A DNA stretch of 64,000 bases, from contig JBNZDD010013729.1 of NCBI GenBank assembly GCA_050575255.1, forward strand, positions 8,912,028 through 8,976,027, in the 5' to 3' direction. The notes beneath the pieces are model-generated. The model had not been told where the DNA came from, made no database searches, and worked only from the letters and a program-made list of their open reading frames with translations. The first letter of the stretch is position 1; every line of letters begins with the position of its first letter. The position numbers and the translations under genes were made by a program. This document shows positions 39,886 through 52,899 of this stretch, one piece after another. This DNA comes from Harriotta raleighana. Taxonomy: Eukaryota.

Positions 39886-40399
39886 GTAACATTTTAAATA
39901 TATTTTGTTTTTGTGTTTGTTCTGAAGATTTTGCAGATCTGAGTAAGTGAATGGAAGAATCTTATATTCATAACAATGGCATGAGATTGAGACTTTAAAT
40001 GCTTTATGTGCATCATTTAAACTCACATTGGGAATATAATATTGGGGATATAGTGTTGGGAATATAGAAGCCACAACATTTTCAGTTTACTGTAAGATCA
40101 CCTTGTTAGCTCAGTCTTGCAAAGCTTCATAGATGGGAGGAGTGAGGTTATGCTGGTTCCAAGGTTCCCAATGCAAGTCAAGCCATATCCTCCTTTAGGA
40201 TTCTGCGCTCTTGGTGCTGTAGAGGGGAGGCTTCCTCCAGTCCATTTGCAAAGTCGAGGATCAAGCTGTAAGGTGGGTGTGTGGTAAATATTTAAAGTAG
40301 CTACAGGGAGGGAGAGCTCCGGCCTACACTGACCTATTGCCAGGCACCCTGGAATCAGCTTCACAGTGGGCAAGTCTATTTGCCAAGGCTGATCTGGCC

Positions 40400-40790
40400 T
40401 CAAGGTCATATCTTTGGCAATGGAATATCAGAATCAAGCCAGTCCTCTGTAACAGTCTCGAGTCCAGTTCCTGAGCCAGGCAGGTCCGCAGTACACCTGG
40501 CACTGCTGATGACAGCGCAGCCAAGCCTGGCTCAGAAGGGCAGACCTTCAGCTCAGCTCCTGTTAACCATACAAGCCAAAGCACTAAAGGGTTCGTGGCT
40601 GGACAAGCAGTGGGAAAGCTTGCCAGGCAGTGCTGCATTGGCATAAGACTCCAGCAGTTACCCCAATGCACATTCTGGGGTTCCCAAGCCTTGGCTTTTG
40701 TCAACCTGCGCTTATACTCTACAGAATTAGGTAAACAGGTTGCATCCCTCCAGAAAGAGTGCACATTCAATTTCAATAAATATCAAGGGA
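40400..40790 (+). repeat. Unclassified old repeat, copy A
   Basis: Aligns by eye to 48137-49045 (+) and 46470-46650 (-); shared cores GCAATGGAATAT.AGAAT and TGATGACAG...AGCCTGGCTCA. Confidence 0.7.
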
Positions 40791-41900
40791 ATTTCCATGG
40801 ATAGATCCGATGCAGTGGAGCTATCATTTTGGTTTGGATACTCTTCAGCATGATGAGTTGTTTTGTTGCTTTTATAATAATATGACAACAAATGGTTTCT
40901 AAGAATTCTTAAAATTATGGTACTCATTCTAATGTCAGGTCCCTTCACTATTTTCTAGAACAGTGTAAAGAACAGGTTGATTATCTATTGCTTTGGGGTT
41001 TGGATCTATCCTGGACCCATCCCTGCTTTTTATCTACCAACCCACCTCCAAACGTTTTTTCAAAGGTCCTTGAAACATTTGTTGCTTCTCAGCTTTGCTC
41101 ATTCTTCTCCTACCTCTCCCTTCACAAGCCCCTCCAATCGGGTTTCCATGCTACTCACAGCACGGAAACTGCTCTGGTCAAGGTAACAAATGACATTTTG
41201 TCCATCTGTGACTAGGGTTCTTCTGCCTCCTCATACTCCTCGACCTTTCTGCTACCTTTGATACCATAGATCACTTCATCCTCCTCTCACCTCAACCTTC
41301 AAGGTTCCATCCTTGACTGGTTCAGGTCCTATCACTCACACTGTCTCCAATTTGTCCCGACCAACTAACAGTTTCTCTTCCAGCCCCTGCACTGTCTCGA
41401 GCCTTCCAGCCCCTGCTTCTCCAGCCTTTCCTCATGATTGAAGTCCCTCATTCCTGGTACCATCCTGGTAAATCTCCTCTGCATCCTTTCGAATGCATTA
41501 AAATCCTTCCTAGTGTGGTGCAGTACTCTAGCTGAGGCCGAACCAGCGTTATACAGGTTAATCATAACTTTCTGAGTTTTGTACTCTATACAGATGATAC
41601 ACGATTGAAATAATAGGACCTGCTTTTGTACAAGTTTATACCTCTTTGAATGTGCTTGCAACAATTTTTACTCCTACCCTCCTCCTCTTCCAACTTTGCT
41701 TAATTGTTCACACTTTTAAAGAGAATGTGTTAATGTGTTGTGGTGGTGGTGGGAATATTGTTACTGTATTGCCATTTGGAGAGTGAATTATTACTGTGTT
41801 GCAATGGGCAGGGAGCGGGGATTGAGTGCATTGCTAATGGTGTTTCCCTTTTAATAAGGAGTTTATTATGTTTCTGATGTATTTTTATTGTTGCTGCTAG

Positions 41901-42766
41901 TCTGTGGGAGGCCTGTTCGTGTCCTGCCGGCACTGATCAAGCGGATTGTTGGAGGCAGGACGGCAGAGCCAGGCTTCTTTCCCTGGCAAGTGCTGATAGT
42001 GGCAGAGGATACAACGCGGGTCCCAAAGGATAAGTGGTATGGGAGTGGAGCTTTGCTCTCTGGTTCCTGGATTCTGACTGCCGCTCATGTCTTGCGGTCT
42101 CAGCGACGAGATGACAGTGTGGCTTTGGTTTTGACTGATCATATCACCATCTACCTGGGTCTTCATGATGTACGTCAGAAGGAGCATGCCGTGAAACGGG
42201 CAGTTCAGAAAATCACTCTTCACAAAGCGTTTGACCCCAGAACATACAACAATGACATTGCTTTAGTAAAGATGTCAAAAAAGGTGTCCATGGATGTTCT
42301 GGTGATGCCGTTGTGTTTGCCCGCTGTTCACCATGAGATGCAAGGCCCTCACCCCAATACACTGGGGCTGGTTGCTGGCTGGGGCATCGCCAATCTGAAT
42401 GTGACCATTGATGATGTCTCCAGCAGTGAGCATGGTGCATTGTCCAACACTTTGCAGTACGTGAAACTTCCAGTCACACTCCAAGCTGAGTGTAAGGACA
42501 GCTATGAGTCACGCTCTGAAAGCTATAATGTGACCGATAACATGTTTTGCGCTGGGTTTTATGAAGGTGGAAAGGACACATGTCGTGGGGACAGTGGTGG
42601 GGCCTTTATAACTCAAGACCTGATTACACAGCAATGGGTGGCCCAGGGCATTGTGTCCTGGGGAGGACCAGAGAAATGTGGGAGCAAACGTGTATATGGG
42701 GTTTACACCAAAGTCTCCAACTACGCAGCTTGGCTGGAGCAGGAAATTAACAATATTTCAGATTAA
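41901..42766 (+). CDS. MASP1: MASP-3-specific single exon: linker and entire serine protease domain
   Basis: ctag|TC TGT; VCGRPVRVLPALIKR-IVGGRTAEPGFFPWQ...LTAAHV...NDIALV...DTCRGDSGG (Ser codon AGT)...CGSKRVYGVYTKVSNY; intronless, no histidine-loop cysteines. Confidence 0.97.
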
Positions 42767-45700
42767 CCAATTAGAGACTGGAAATTTGTTGGATCCAAAC
42801 CGAAGAAAGAAGAATTCACACTTCTTAACTAACATTTAACCAGAAATCCATGGGTGCAGAAAATGCTTTCTTCATTGTTTAACTTCACTTAGTCTGAAGC
42901 AGTAACCTGTCCAGCGCCTTGGGACATCCTCCTGACGTGAAAGGCACTATATAATGTAATTTTGTTGTTGTTGTTAGTATTAGCTGTGTAAACTCTGCAT
43001 TTGTCTATATTGTGACATTAGTTGATGTTTAAGACCACTTAAGGCATCGTTCACTGCCCACAATTGCAATTTGAGTATTTGTTGTCCTGCAACTTGTGTT
43101 GTTGATTGATGGGTTCAGACCTTCGGTCACTGCTAGCAATGCCCACTATCGAAAGCGGTGATGTTGCAGTCTTTTCCTTATTGCCCTATTTCTTACCCTG
43201 ACTTGCCAACTATTCAACACCAATGACCTCTGAGGCAGTGCATTCTCCAATGCTGGCTTGTCATCTCATTTCTGACAAGTTTAGATCTAAATTTGAGATG
43301 TTGTCTCCATATTTCATATCCTTCTATAGAGGAAAATTCATACTCTATCTAGTTTGTCAGTTTCCTTCATTATCTTAAATACCTCAAACCACTGTTTCTC
43401 TAATTAGAAAATATTTCCATCTAAGATTCTTGTGGCCAAAGTCTACTACCTCGGAATTTATGAAAATTCACTTGTCGTGTGTCGGATTATCACTCAATCT
43501 ATTTGTATCTGTATCTTATTGGTCATCAGCAAATTTAGACAATCTATTCCTGTGTCATCATCATGCATATGCTTCCCATCATATTTTACATGAAAAGATG
43601 GGGCCTAGTACTGACCCCTGGTGGACACCATGTGCACTACCCACCAATCAGATACCACTTCACTGTTCTCTGCCTCACTCACTGCAAATATCTTTCATGT
43701 TACCAATTCCTTGCTTGTTAATTCCTTATGTTTGTTAAATTCTTATGTGGAACATTATCAAATTCCTCCTGAAAATCCACATAGAGTTTATCTTTTTTTT
43801 GCCTCTATTGACCATTTCTGTGGTGCTGTCAAACAACTCCATTAGGTTAATCAAATTATTTGTTAGCTCATACTTACCGAGTGCTCCATTACTGTTTTTG
43901 TTTACAGTCTGGACTCTAGCACGTTGGATTCTTTCTTTGTTACATTCCAATCCTTTACCATTTCCCCCAATCCAGAATTCTTCAGAGCCCTGTGATCCAT
44001 GACCCACTCTGCCTTCCCTCACCTCCACAACATTGCCCAAATCTGCCACTACCTCACCCCTCAAGCCCCTGAAACTCTCATTCATGCCTTCATCACATCC
44101 ATCCTTGATTATGCCAACACCCTGCTAGATGGCCATCCCTACTCCTCCCTCCATAGGCTGCAGATCATCCAGAACTCTGCAGCCCATGTCCCCTCCCGCA
44201 CCAAACTCCATTACCCCATCTCCTTCAGCCACTCTGCCCCCAACCTCTGGAATTCTATCCCGTAATTCCTTCGCCCCCTACCTAGCCTCCTTCAAGTTCC
44301 GCCTCTAGACCCTCCTTTTCGACGGTCCCATCAGTCACCTGAAATCCTCCACCCTTCCCGATCCTCACCCCAGCTAGGGTCTGAAACATTAAGTGTCCAG
44401 CGCTTTGGGATGTCCTCCTGACAAATATAATTTTATTGTTAGTGTGTTCTCTATGGTTTCATTTTCATCTCTTGTTTGTGATATTCCAAAATGCTATATT
44501 TCTCTTCAACTATGACTCCTCCTGATTGATCCAACTTCCAATTCTTATTTTTCTTGAACGAGTGCATGGCAGTTGTCAATTGGTGACAAATCCAACATTC
44601 CTGATCAGCAAGAGGCTGATCTCGACCCTGAGAATCTCTCCCAACAATCCCTGGACAGCAAACTCAAAAACGCAGTATGTGAGGACCTGTTGCCCTGAAT
44701 CCTTTCCAATTATTCCACTGTCATTCCATTCTTATGCCATATTGCTCCATCATCACTCTTATTATTTCAGTATCCAATCGCTGTCACTCCATTATCTCTA
44801 TGAGGACATTCCACTTTCATTCCAATGTGATTCCAATACTCAATTTTTGCTGTACAATCACTCTCCCCATCATTGTGCCACTACTTTTCAATCATGCCAC
44901 TGTCACTCTTCAATCACTCCACATCCTGACAAAATCCCCATTCTAATCAACAATTGATCTTTTAAAGTATATGATTGTGGATACAGAAGAATATTATGGT
45001 AATCTTTCTAGGAATTGGATGAACTAATGGTCTGTTCCTAACCACTGTATTCCAATATTTACATTCTTGCCCCAAATGAGAGTAGCATATAGTAGATATA
45101 CGCTGGTACTGTATAACCGTAGCATCAGATACTGGATCTGCAAGAGGGAATTTTGGAATTTCATACTAACCTAACAATTTTGTGCTACACTGTACTTTAC
45201 ATGTTTTGAGCAATGTTGCAAGATGCAGCATTGAGAATGATAGAAATTGAAAACATCCTGTGAAGGTCTGACTGACAGGCAGCTGTTAATCTCTTCAAAG
45301 TTTCATCTTCTGGGACATTTTTGAGGTTTGGATTTCTTTTTTTTCTCAATCTCCCTCAGCCCAAATACAAATGTCACCAGGTCTCAATGGCCCTTCTTCT
45401 CTTTGATAGCATTTAAATGTTTTTTTTAATGCGGTGGATAGTAAACTCTCTACTATCTACTTAGGTCCAGATCTTACAATTAACTTATTGTGTCTCAGCT
45501 TTTCCTCCATTGCTAAATGGTTTCAAATTAGCTGCTGCCATTTTCTCTATATTCTGTCCTTTTCTTAATCATTCAGTTGTTGCCTTAACGTCTCGTATAC
45601 TTTGTGTATCTCCCAAAATACTTTTTCTGGGTTACGTCAAACCTGTGAATAAGAAGCTGGAAAAGCAACCAATGCATTTTGTATTAAAAAAAAACTACAC

Positions 45701-46149
45701 CTATACTTAAATGGGAAATATCCATTATACTTTATTCCCTTAAACTGCCTTTAAAGATTGTTTTTTTTAAAAAGCTAGAAAGTATCAAACCCAGTTCCTG
45801 CTTTTCCATCAATCATTGAACAATATAGATACTTATATTTCAGTTTGAAATGAACTCTTGCCCATGCACAAGGCTAAACTCCTCACAGCTAATTCCTAAA
45901 TAATCCCCAAAACACATTCAGTGACATTCACTGTTTTACCAATTGGTTATGTTACTGTTACATGTTATACTATGTTATATCGCAGTATTGCTGCTATTTC
46001 ACATGAACGATGTGTCCATATTCTTGTAGCAGACACTGAAGAACCAAATATTTGTATTTCTGGTTTTGTTGTTACTCAAACCCACCAATGTTCTTTATTT
46101 TTTTAAGATTTTGATATATTCCTGTATTTTGTTCTTCTGTAAAATCTAA

Positions 46150-46155
46150 AATAAA
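46150..46155 (+). terminator. Candidate MASP-3 poly(A) signal AATAAA
   Basis: First canonical AATAAA I could find after the MASP-3 stop, in AT-rich UTR-like sequence (an ATTAAA variant occurs near 45683). Confidence 0.4.
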
Positions 46156-46469
46156 ACCTATATTATTTAGAATAGATAGTAACATGTCCCTTGTGATAGA
46201 CAACATGTACAATTGCCATTGTATTTTATTCATCTTAAGGGAAAAAGAAATTATCTTTAAGTCTTTCCCTTACCATAAGGACTATTTTTAACTGTTGGGA
46301 GTTTAAACTGGTGAAAACACATAGCTTCACACTATCTGTACACTTGCTGCTAGTGTACCTCCCTAGCCATTAGGACTTTAGCTTGCTGAATTAACAGCGC
46401 CTTGGGATGTCCTCCTGACGTGAAAGGCGCTATACAAATGTAATTTTGTTGTTGTTGTTGTTAACAAAG

Positions 46470-46650
46470 CTGAGTGGGAAGAATTCCTACCCCAGTAATT
46501 TATTTGCATCTCCAAACCTTGTTGCTGAGCCATGTTGCTTGGTGTGTCATCAGCACTGCCCATGTGGTTCAGAATTGGACTGCCAAGAACACCACAGAGG
46601 GCGGACTCAAGTCTGACATTCCTTTGCTAAGTATGTCACCTAGCTCCAAG
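46470..46650 (-). repeat. Unclassified old repeat, copy B (inverted)
   Basis: Reverse strand ttggagctaggtgacatacttagcaaaggaatgtcagacttgag...gtgctgatgacacaccaagcaacatggctca...aattcttcccactca. Confidence 0.7.
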
Positions 46651-46839
46651 GTGAGGGTCACAGCTTCTTAGCCAAAGTTCCTTATTCCAGGCCCAGGTAT
46701 CTTACAACACCGGTTTCTACTTCACACAACGAAGTGTATGAATGGAGGTCAAAATTCTCTATCTTTCCAGGGGCATAGGGGATAAAACAGATTTGATGTT
46801 TTTGAGACTCGACAAGTAGCAGTTCTGGTCCCTCAGAGA

Positions 46840-47250
46840 ATAAGAACATAAGAAGTAGGAGCAGGTATTGGCCATTTGGTTCCTCAAGCCTGGCCCACCA
46901 ATTAATAAGATCTTCTATCCTAATTACATTTACCCATATCCCTTAATCCCTTTGGATTTTAAAAAAATATTGATCTCAGTCTTGAATGTGTTCAATGGCT
47001 GAATATTCACAGCCTTCTGGGATAGAGAATTCCATAAATTCATTACCCTCTGAGTGAAGAACTCATTTCTCAACTCAATTTTAAAAGCCTGACCTTTAAT
47101 CCTGAGACTATGACCACCAGTTTTAGATTCTCCAACCAGAGGAAACAGTCTCACAACATCTACCCTGTCAAGGCCCTTAAGAATCTTCTAGGTTTCTATA
47201 AGATCACATATATTTCTTCTATATTCTAGAGAATATAGGCTTAGTTTACT
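46840..47250 (-). mobile_element. CR1 LINE 3' end
   Basis: EFFTQRVMNLWNSLSQKAV...FKTEINIFL ORF. Confidence 0.85.
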
Positions 47251-47597
47251 TAATATGATGCTAATCTATACAGGAACTGGAATAAACAGTTAGATACCAG
47301 TGTGTGCTAGTGCTCACCCACTGGAGTTCTCTACTCTAATTGCATTCATTGCTCTTTTTCCGTTGTGTCTGTGCTGGTGCCAGGTTCCCTACTGGAGCTA
47401 TGTGACTGCTGTGCCCCTGTAGAACAACAACAATAATAATGAATATTAATATAATAAGTTCATGCAGGATTGCGTCTTAGTAGAGAAGGTAGCCTTTCTC
47501 TCTTTATCAATTTCCTTTGAGCCCAAATGTCTCATAGCTGCTTCTCCCCACTGGCACTATTTTGAGTTAATTTTGTATTTTTTGTGCTACTTTCTAG

Positions 47598-47735
47598 TGT
47601 GTGGAAAGCCACGTGTAAAGCGAATCTCTATTCTACCTAAAATAGCCCAGGGAAAGGAAGTGAGAAAAGGCACATCACCCTGGATTGCAATGCTGGCAAA
47701 GAATGGAATGCCTTTCTGCGGGGGCTCATTAATAG
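47598..47735 (+). CDS. MASP1: MASP-1 protease exon 1 (linker, activation site)
   Basis: ttctag|TG...ATAG|gtggg; VCGKPRVKRISILPK-IAQGKEVRKGTSPWIAMLAKNGMPFCGGSLI. Confidence 0.93.
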
Positions 47736-48136
47736 GTGGGTGCAGCGACAGAGGTACACACACACACATTTCACCTACTTCTTATGATAAACGGATGTAT
47801 AACATGGAAGGGCACCCATCAATAGAAATTCTACTGGTTCTGTCACCAGGAGGCAGCATTGCACAGGAATCCTATCACTGGTCCTCGGCGGCTGCTTACA
47901 TAGATTGATATGGCACGGAAACAGACTATTTGGCCCAACTTGTCCATGGTGGTGTTTATACTCCTCACAAGAACTCAGCCCTCCTATTCCCCTCACCTAT
48001 ACACTACTTCCTTTGCTCTCGGGTTTCCATCAGGTTTCTCTTAAATACATTGATACTTTTGGCATCATCCACAGCTTTATGCAGTGAACTCACCTCCCTC
48101 CTACTTTCCTCATTGAGGGGAGGTAAATGGTATCTC

Positions 48137-49045
48137 TTTGGAGCTAAGATGACTCAAAGGTGACATGCTTAGCAATGGAATATTAGAATTGAGCTGATCT
48201 TCTGTCGTGGTTCCTGAACCAGTTTGGTACGCAGTACTCCAGGGCAATGTTGATGACAGACTAGCCAGCCTGGCTCATCGGCAGGACTTGGAGGAGTAGA
48301 CCAGTCACTAGGGCAGGGATTCTTCTCACTCAAATCCTGTTTTAATAAAGAATCTTTGTATTTGGTATGGCACCTTTCACATCAGGAGGTTGTTTCAAAG
48401 CACTTAACTGTATTTTGTGGTGAATGTAAACTTTGAAAGTCAAAGCCCTAATGGTTAACGTGGTCCTAGCTGGACAGACAGGGGGAAAGCTTGCCAGACA
48501 GTATTGTCTGTGTAGTTTTAGCTGCTTCAATTCCAGCAATACCTCAATATGTATTAAGGATTCCTGTAGCTCAGTGATTAAAGAGCACTCACAAGCAAGA
48601 GCTGAGTTTGATTCCCAGCAGGGTGAAACCTTGCGCAAATTTCCTAACTCCACATGCCTGATAATAATACCTCAAGAAAAATAATACAATAATAAAATTG
48701 GACACATGAACCCACGATTGTTTGTGGGACACTTCTGTGCACAATTGGCTGCTGTGTTTTGCCCACAAAATAAACAGTCAATTCAGTTTACAGCACATTC
48801 TGTGAAGTGCTTTGAGATGTCTAGAAGACATGAGAAGTGCTATATCAAATGCAAGGATTGTGTTTCTAATTAATATGTACATTGGGTTTCAAAGCCTTAG
48901 CTTTTGATAACCAGCACCTAATACTTTCTGGGATTAAGCACAGTGTGAAATGTCCAACTGTTGTTCCACAACTATTTAGAAATTTCTGTTTATCTGGAAT
49001 GGTTGCGTCCCTTCAGGGAGAGTGCACACTCCATTCCAACAAAAG
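48137..49045 (+). repeat. Unclassified old repeat, copy C, interrupted by a SINE (about 48557-48870, flanked by a TSD-like AATATGTA)
   Basis: Homology to copy A resumes after the SINE (ggttgcgtcccttcagggagagtgcacactcc vs ggttgcatccctccagaaagagtgcacattca). Confidence 0.7.
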
Positions 49046-49209
49046 GAAATTTGGAAGTGTGAGTGGAGCTCTCAGAAGTATGGTTTAAGACACTTTTAAG
49101 CATAGTGATTGGCCTCCATCTGTGTCAGCTAAAGTCCCCCAAAAAGGACTTGCGGTTCCAACATCATTCCTGATTTGCTATTAAATCTTTGCCTTTGTCT
49201 TCTTTGCAG

Positions 49210-49320
49210 GAAGGAATTGGATAGTGACAGCGGCTCACTGTCTACATCCGCCCTATGAACCTGAAAATGAGCTTGCCAGTTTAGAAATAATTAATTCAAC
49301 AATTTTTAAGATTATTTTGG
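49210..49320 (+). CDS. MASP1: MASP-1 protease exon 2 (catalytic His, long 60-loop)
   Basis: ttgcag|GA...TTGG|gttagt; GRNWIVTAAHCLHPPYEPENELASLEIINSTIFKIIL. Confidence 0.93.
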
Positions 49321-49469
49321 GTTAGTATTTACAGGTAATGCATACAATCTGATATGCAAATCACATGTCTCAGATTTAGTGTCGTCCTCCCTCTCACATA
49401 TCATGCTTCAGCATCAGTACCATGCTCTGGTTGGCTTCTTTCTGTGTGGAGTTGGTTGGACACGTACAC

Positions 49470-50170
49470 TGGCATGGGGTAAACATTCACATGTATGCGG
49501 ATGACACACAAATCTACTTTGCCTCCTCCAGTAGTAACTCCAGGTCCAGTCCCTGACCAGGACTGCCTTCTTCCATCTCTGCCACATTGCCCGCCTCAAA
49601 CCGTATCTCATCCCAAATGCAGCTGAAATCTTTGCGCATGTGTTTGTCACATCCTGTTTGGATTACTCCAACACACTCCTCACCAGTCTCCCCAGCTCCA
49701 CCATCTAAAAGATCGGCTCATTCAAAACACTGCCTTCATACTGACCCGAACCAAACTCCATATCCACATCTCGTCTGTTCTGGCTGCATTGGCTTCCCAT
49801 CACTGAACGGATTGATTTTAAGATCCTCAAACCTGTGTTCAAATCCCTTCACTGCCTGGCACCTCCCTACCTCTCTGACTTCCTCACTGCCCAATTCACC
49901 ACTTGGCACCTACGCTCGACTGGCTCCGGCCTCCTGCTTGTCCTTCACACTCTCTGCTCCATCATCTGAGGTCGTTCTTTCACTGCACCCGAAAACTCTG
50001 GAACGCTCTCCATGAATTCCTCCAGCATGCCCTCTCGCTATCCTCTTTCAAATCCCACCTGAAATCTTTCCTCTTCAACCAACTTTTCGGCTCCCTCCCG
50101 CCGGCTTCCTGTCAGGCTTCTCTACTGATAAGTGCTCTGAGATGTTACTCTGCATGAGGGCACTCTACAA
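49470..50170 (+). mobile_element. L2-type LINE 3' portion
   Basis: HMYADDTQIY; KLWNAL; family tail. Confidence 0.85.
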
Positions 50171-50179
50171 TAATAGTAG

Positions 50180-50600
50180 TAATATAATAATTCTTGCAAT
50201 TAAGATAGCGCTTTTCACACGTTCTAGAAGTCTCAAAGTGCTCCACAGAATATACTATAAAGTGATTTAACTGTATTTTGAGGGCAAAAGGCGACAGCCA
50301 ATTTCGCACAGTAGTGGATTGAAATGACCAATTTATTTGTATAATTGCAAGTTGTTGTTTTTGTTGCCTTATTATGGAGGGAGAATATTTGGCACTGAAG
50401 CTTATTATTATAAATGATAAACAATAGTAATTTGGTCATTTTAATCCATGACTGTTGAGGGACACTGCTGTGCGCATTTGGCTGCCACGTTTCGCCCACA
50501 AAATACAGTCAATTCATTTTACAGTATATTCTGTGAAGCGCTTTGAAATGTCTAGAAGACATGAAAAGCGCTATATCAAATGTAAGGATTATTATTAGAA
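50180..50600. mobile_element. Two SINE 3' halves in inverted orientation (50180-50330 -, 50430-50600 +)
   Basis: Family match on opposite strands. Confidence 0.8.
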
Positions 50601-51029
50601 TGCAAGTTGTTGTAACTACACCAGAGATTTATATCATAAAGCATTATTCAGTCCACAAAACATTGTGTTGAGCTTGTCCCTGTGAATACTCACAGCTTTC
50701 AATTTTAGTTACAATTACATAACTTTGACTTTTGGGTAAAATCGTAATAGATCAATATCCTTAAAATGTTATTCACTGACAAAAAACAACTTGTATTTAT
50801 TTGACACCCTCCAAGCTTTTATCAGAAACTAATCTGAGACATAGAATGATACAATGGCCTGGAAATAGGAAATTCAACCTTACCAGTCCATGCTGGAGCA
50901 CCTTTCATGTCTTTCACTCATTCTGGAGCCTAAAATGTAGTAATAATTTTAGATTGTGTGTGAATCAGTATGAGTCGATTTGATCTTTGTACTTTTGTCA
51001 AATATGTATTTGCTGCTTCTTTATTTTAG

Positions 51030-51227
51030 GGAGGCAGAAAACATTGACAAAAGAAAACACAGAGCAGCCCTTCCATGCCCAAACCATCACCCTTCATCCA
51101 GCGTACAACAGGTCAACGTTCATGTTTGATATTGCTCTGATAAAACTTTCCGGTAAAGTGATGCTGAATAATTATGTGATGCCAATTTGTCTCCCAGACA
51201 ATAACAAGAGTGCAACGTTACATACAG
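51030..51227 (+). CDS. MASP1: MASP-1 protease exon 3 (catalytic Asp)
   Basis: ttttag|GG...ACAG|gtatac; GRQKTLTKENTEQ...HPAYNRSTFMFDIALIKL...YVMPICLP. Confidence 0.94.
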
Positions 51228-52831
51228 GTATACGTAAACATCTCCCAGAAAGTAGAAACATTCAGTCTGTCAACCAAATCTTCCAGTGATTAATCTGAAC
51301 ATTTTTATTCTCTAAAAGCAGGATCTGATGATATTTACAGGATCAATTATTGACTCAATTACTGTTCAGTTCATTGGGTGACAAAATAGATTGTATCTTC
51401 CTGCTCTTAACTCTGAACTGATTCACTTATCACATTGTATAGCCCTGCAGAGTACAGTATTTTCAATTCCAAATAATTGTATTAAGCATTCCCTCATCCA
51501 CCGGTGTTCAAATCAAATCACCTTTTAAACAGAATTAAATAAGTAGTTAGAAAAACTGATCAGGTTAGGACAGTGGAACAAGATTAGAATGGACAGCTGG
51601 ACCAGCACAGATGGGAATAGCACCAGCACAGATTGGATTGAATGGGATTGGAGTAGAGTTCTTCAAGGATGAGATAAAACTAGCAGAAACCAATGAGGAA
51701 AGTTAATGAATGGGATTAGAATAGTGAGCTGTTCTGAGAGTGAGTATTAGCCTAACAGGTGGAATAATTTCCTTTGTTGTTGTAAACTCTCTATGATTAT
51801 GGGCAAAGAATCTGTCAAGCATTCCTTTCTTGATCCTCCCAGTTTACAAATAACAACAACAACAACTTCAATTTATATAGCGCCTTCCATGCTGGACGGC
51901 ATCTCAGAGCGCTTCACAATAGCAGATCCCGGGACTGAGCCAGGGGTAAATAAATAAATCATAGAATCAAAGAATTATACAATGCCAAAAGAGGTAATTC
52001 AACCCATCGGGTCTGTGATGGCTCTTTGAAAAGCGCTGTCTAAATCAATCCCATTCCCCTCTCTCTCTCCCCATAGCTGTAAAACTTGTTTATACGCACT
52101 GGCTGGCCCCCGCACATATGCACACGGGTGAAGACCCCGATAGCTCCCGACTAAATCTGATGATTCCTCGCTGGCTGATCCCAAGCGCATTTTTGACGAG
52201 GCCGGCAGATTCCAAGTAAAGCCGAAGCCCCGCGCTCAATGCATTCTGGGTAAATAGAATAACGCTTTGGCCTCTGAGAATTTTATTGCATTGCATGGTA
52301 AACAGAAGAGACTGAGAGAGAGACAGGAATCGTCCAGCAATGTAGGCTAATTTACCCTGTTGTTTTATTGCTTTTTTTTATTGCTTCACTGCTTTGTTAT
52401 CACTTTATTATAGCAATAAAGCGATAACAAAGCCGCTGTAACCATTCTGTGTTTTACAAAGGTTCATCATAACTTCCTTTTGTATTCGATGCCCTTATTT
52501 ATAAAGCCGAGAATTGTATGTACTTCTTTAACAGCTTTATCTACCTCTCTTGCCACCTTCAAAGATTAATTCACCCTCTTTAAGATTCTACCATCATCTT
52601 ATATATCAGGTCCTTCCTGTATTCGCACCATGAAATCAAATCTCATCTCAGCCCCCCTACTCCATGGTTCTTTCCCACAAGCTCTAACCTGTGACATTTC
52701 CCCTCCCTCTGTCTTTTGAACAATTATATCTTGTTCCATCTGGCAGGTTTTGTTTACAGGTCCACTCTATGAAGTTGAGCATCAATTATGCTACAATTAG
52801 TAAAGCATTCTTTCTTTGTGTTATGTTTAAG

Positions 52832-52899
52832 GTGATATGGTGTTTGTTAGTGGATGGGGCAAGCAGTTCCAACACCGGCTCCCAGACTCCCTGATGGAG
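52832..52899 (+). CDS. MASP1: MASP-1 protease exon 4
   Basis: tttaag|GT...GAG|gtacg; GDMVFVSGWGKQFQHRLPDSLME. Confidence 0.93.

Noticed and set aside
40500-40540. C/D-box snoRNA (TGATGA) in the three-copy repeat
   Set aside because: No consistent D box or terminal stem, and one copy is antisense to the host transcript
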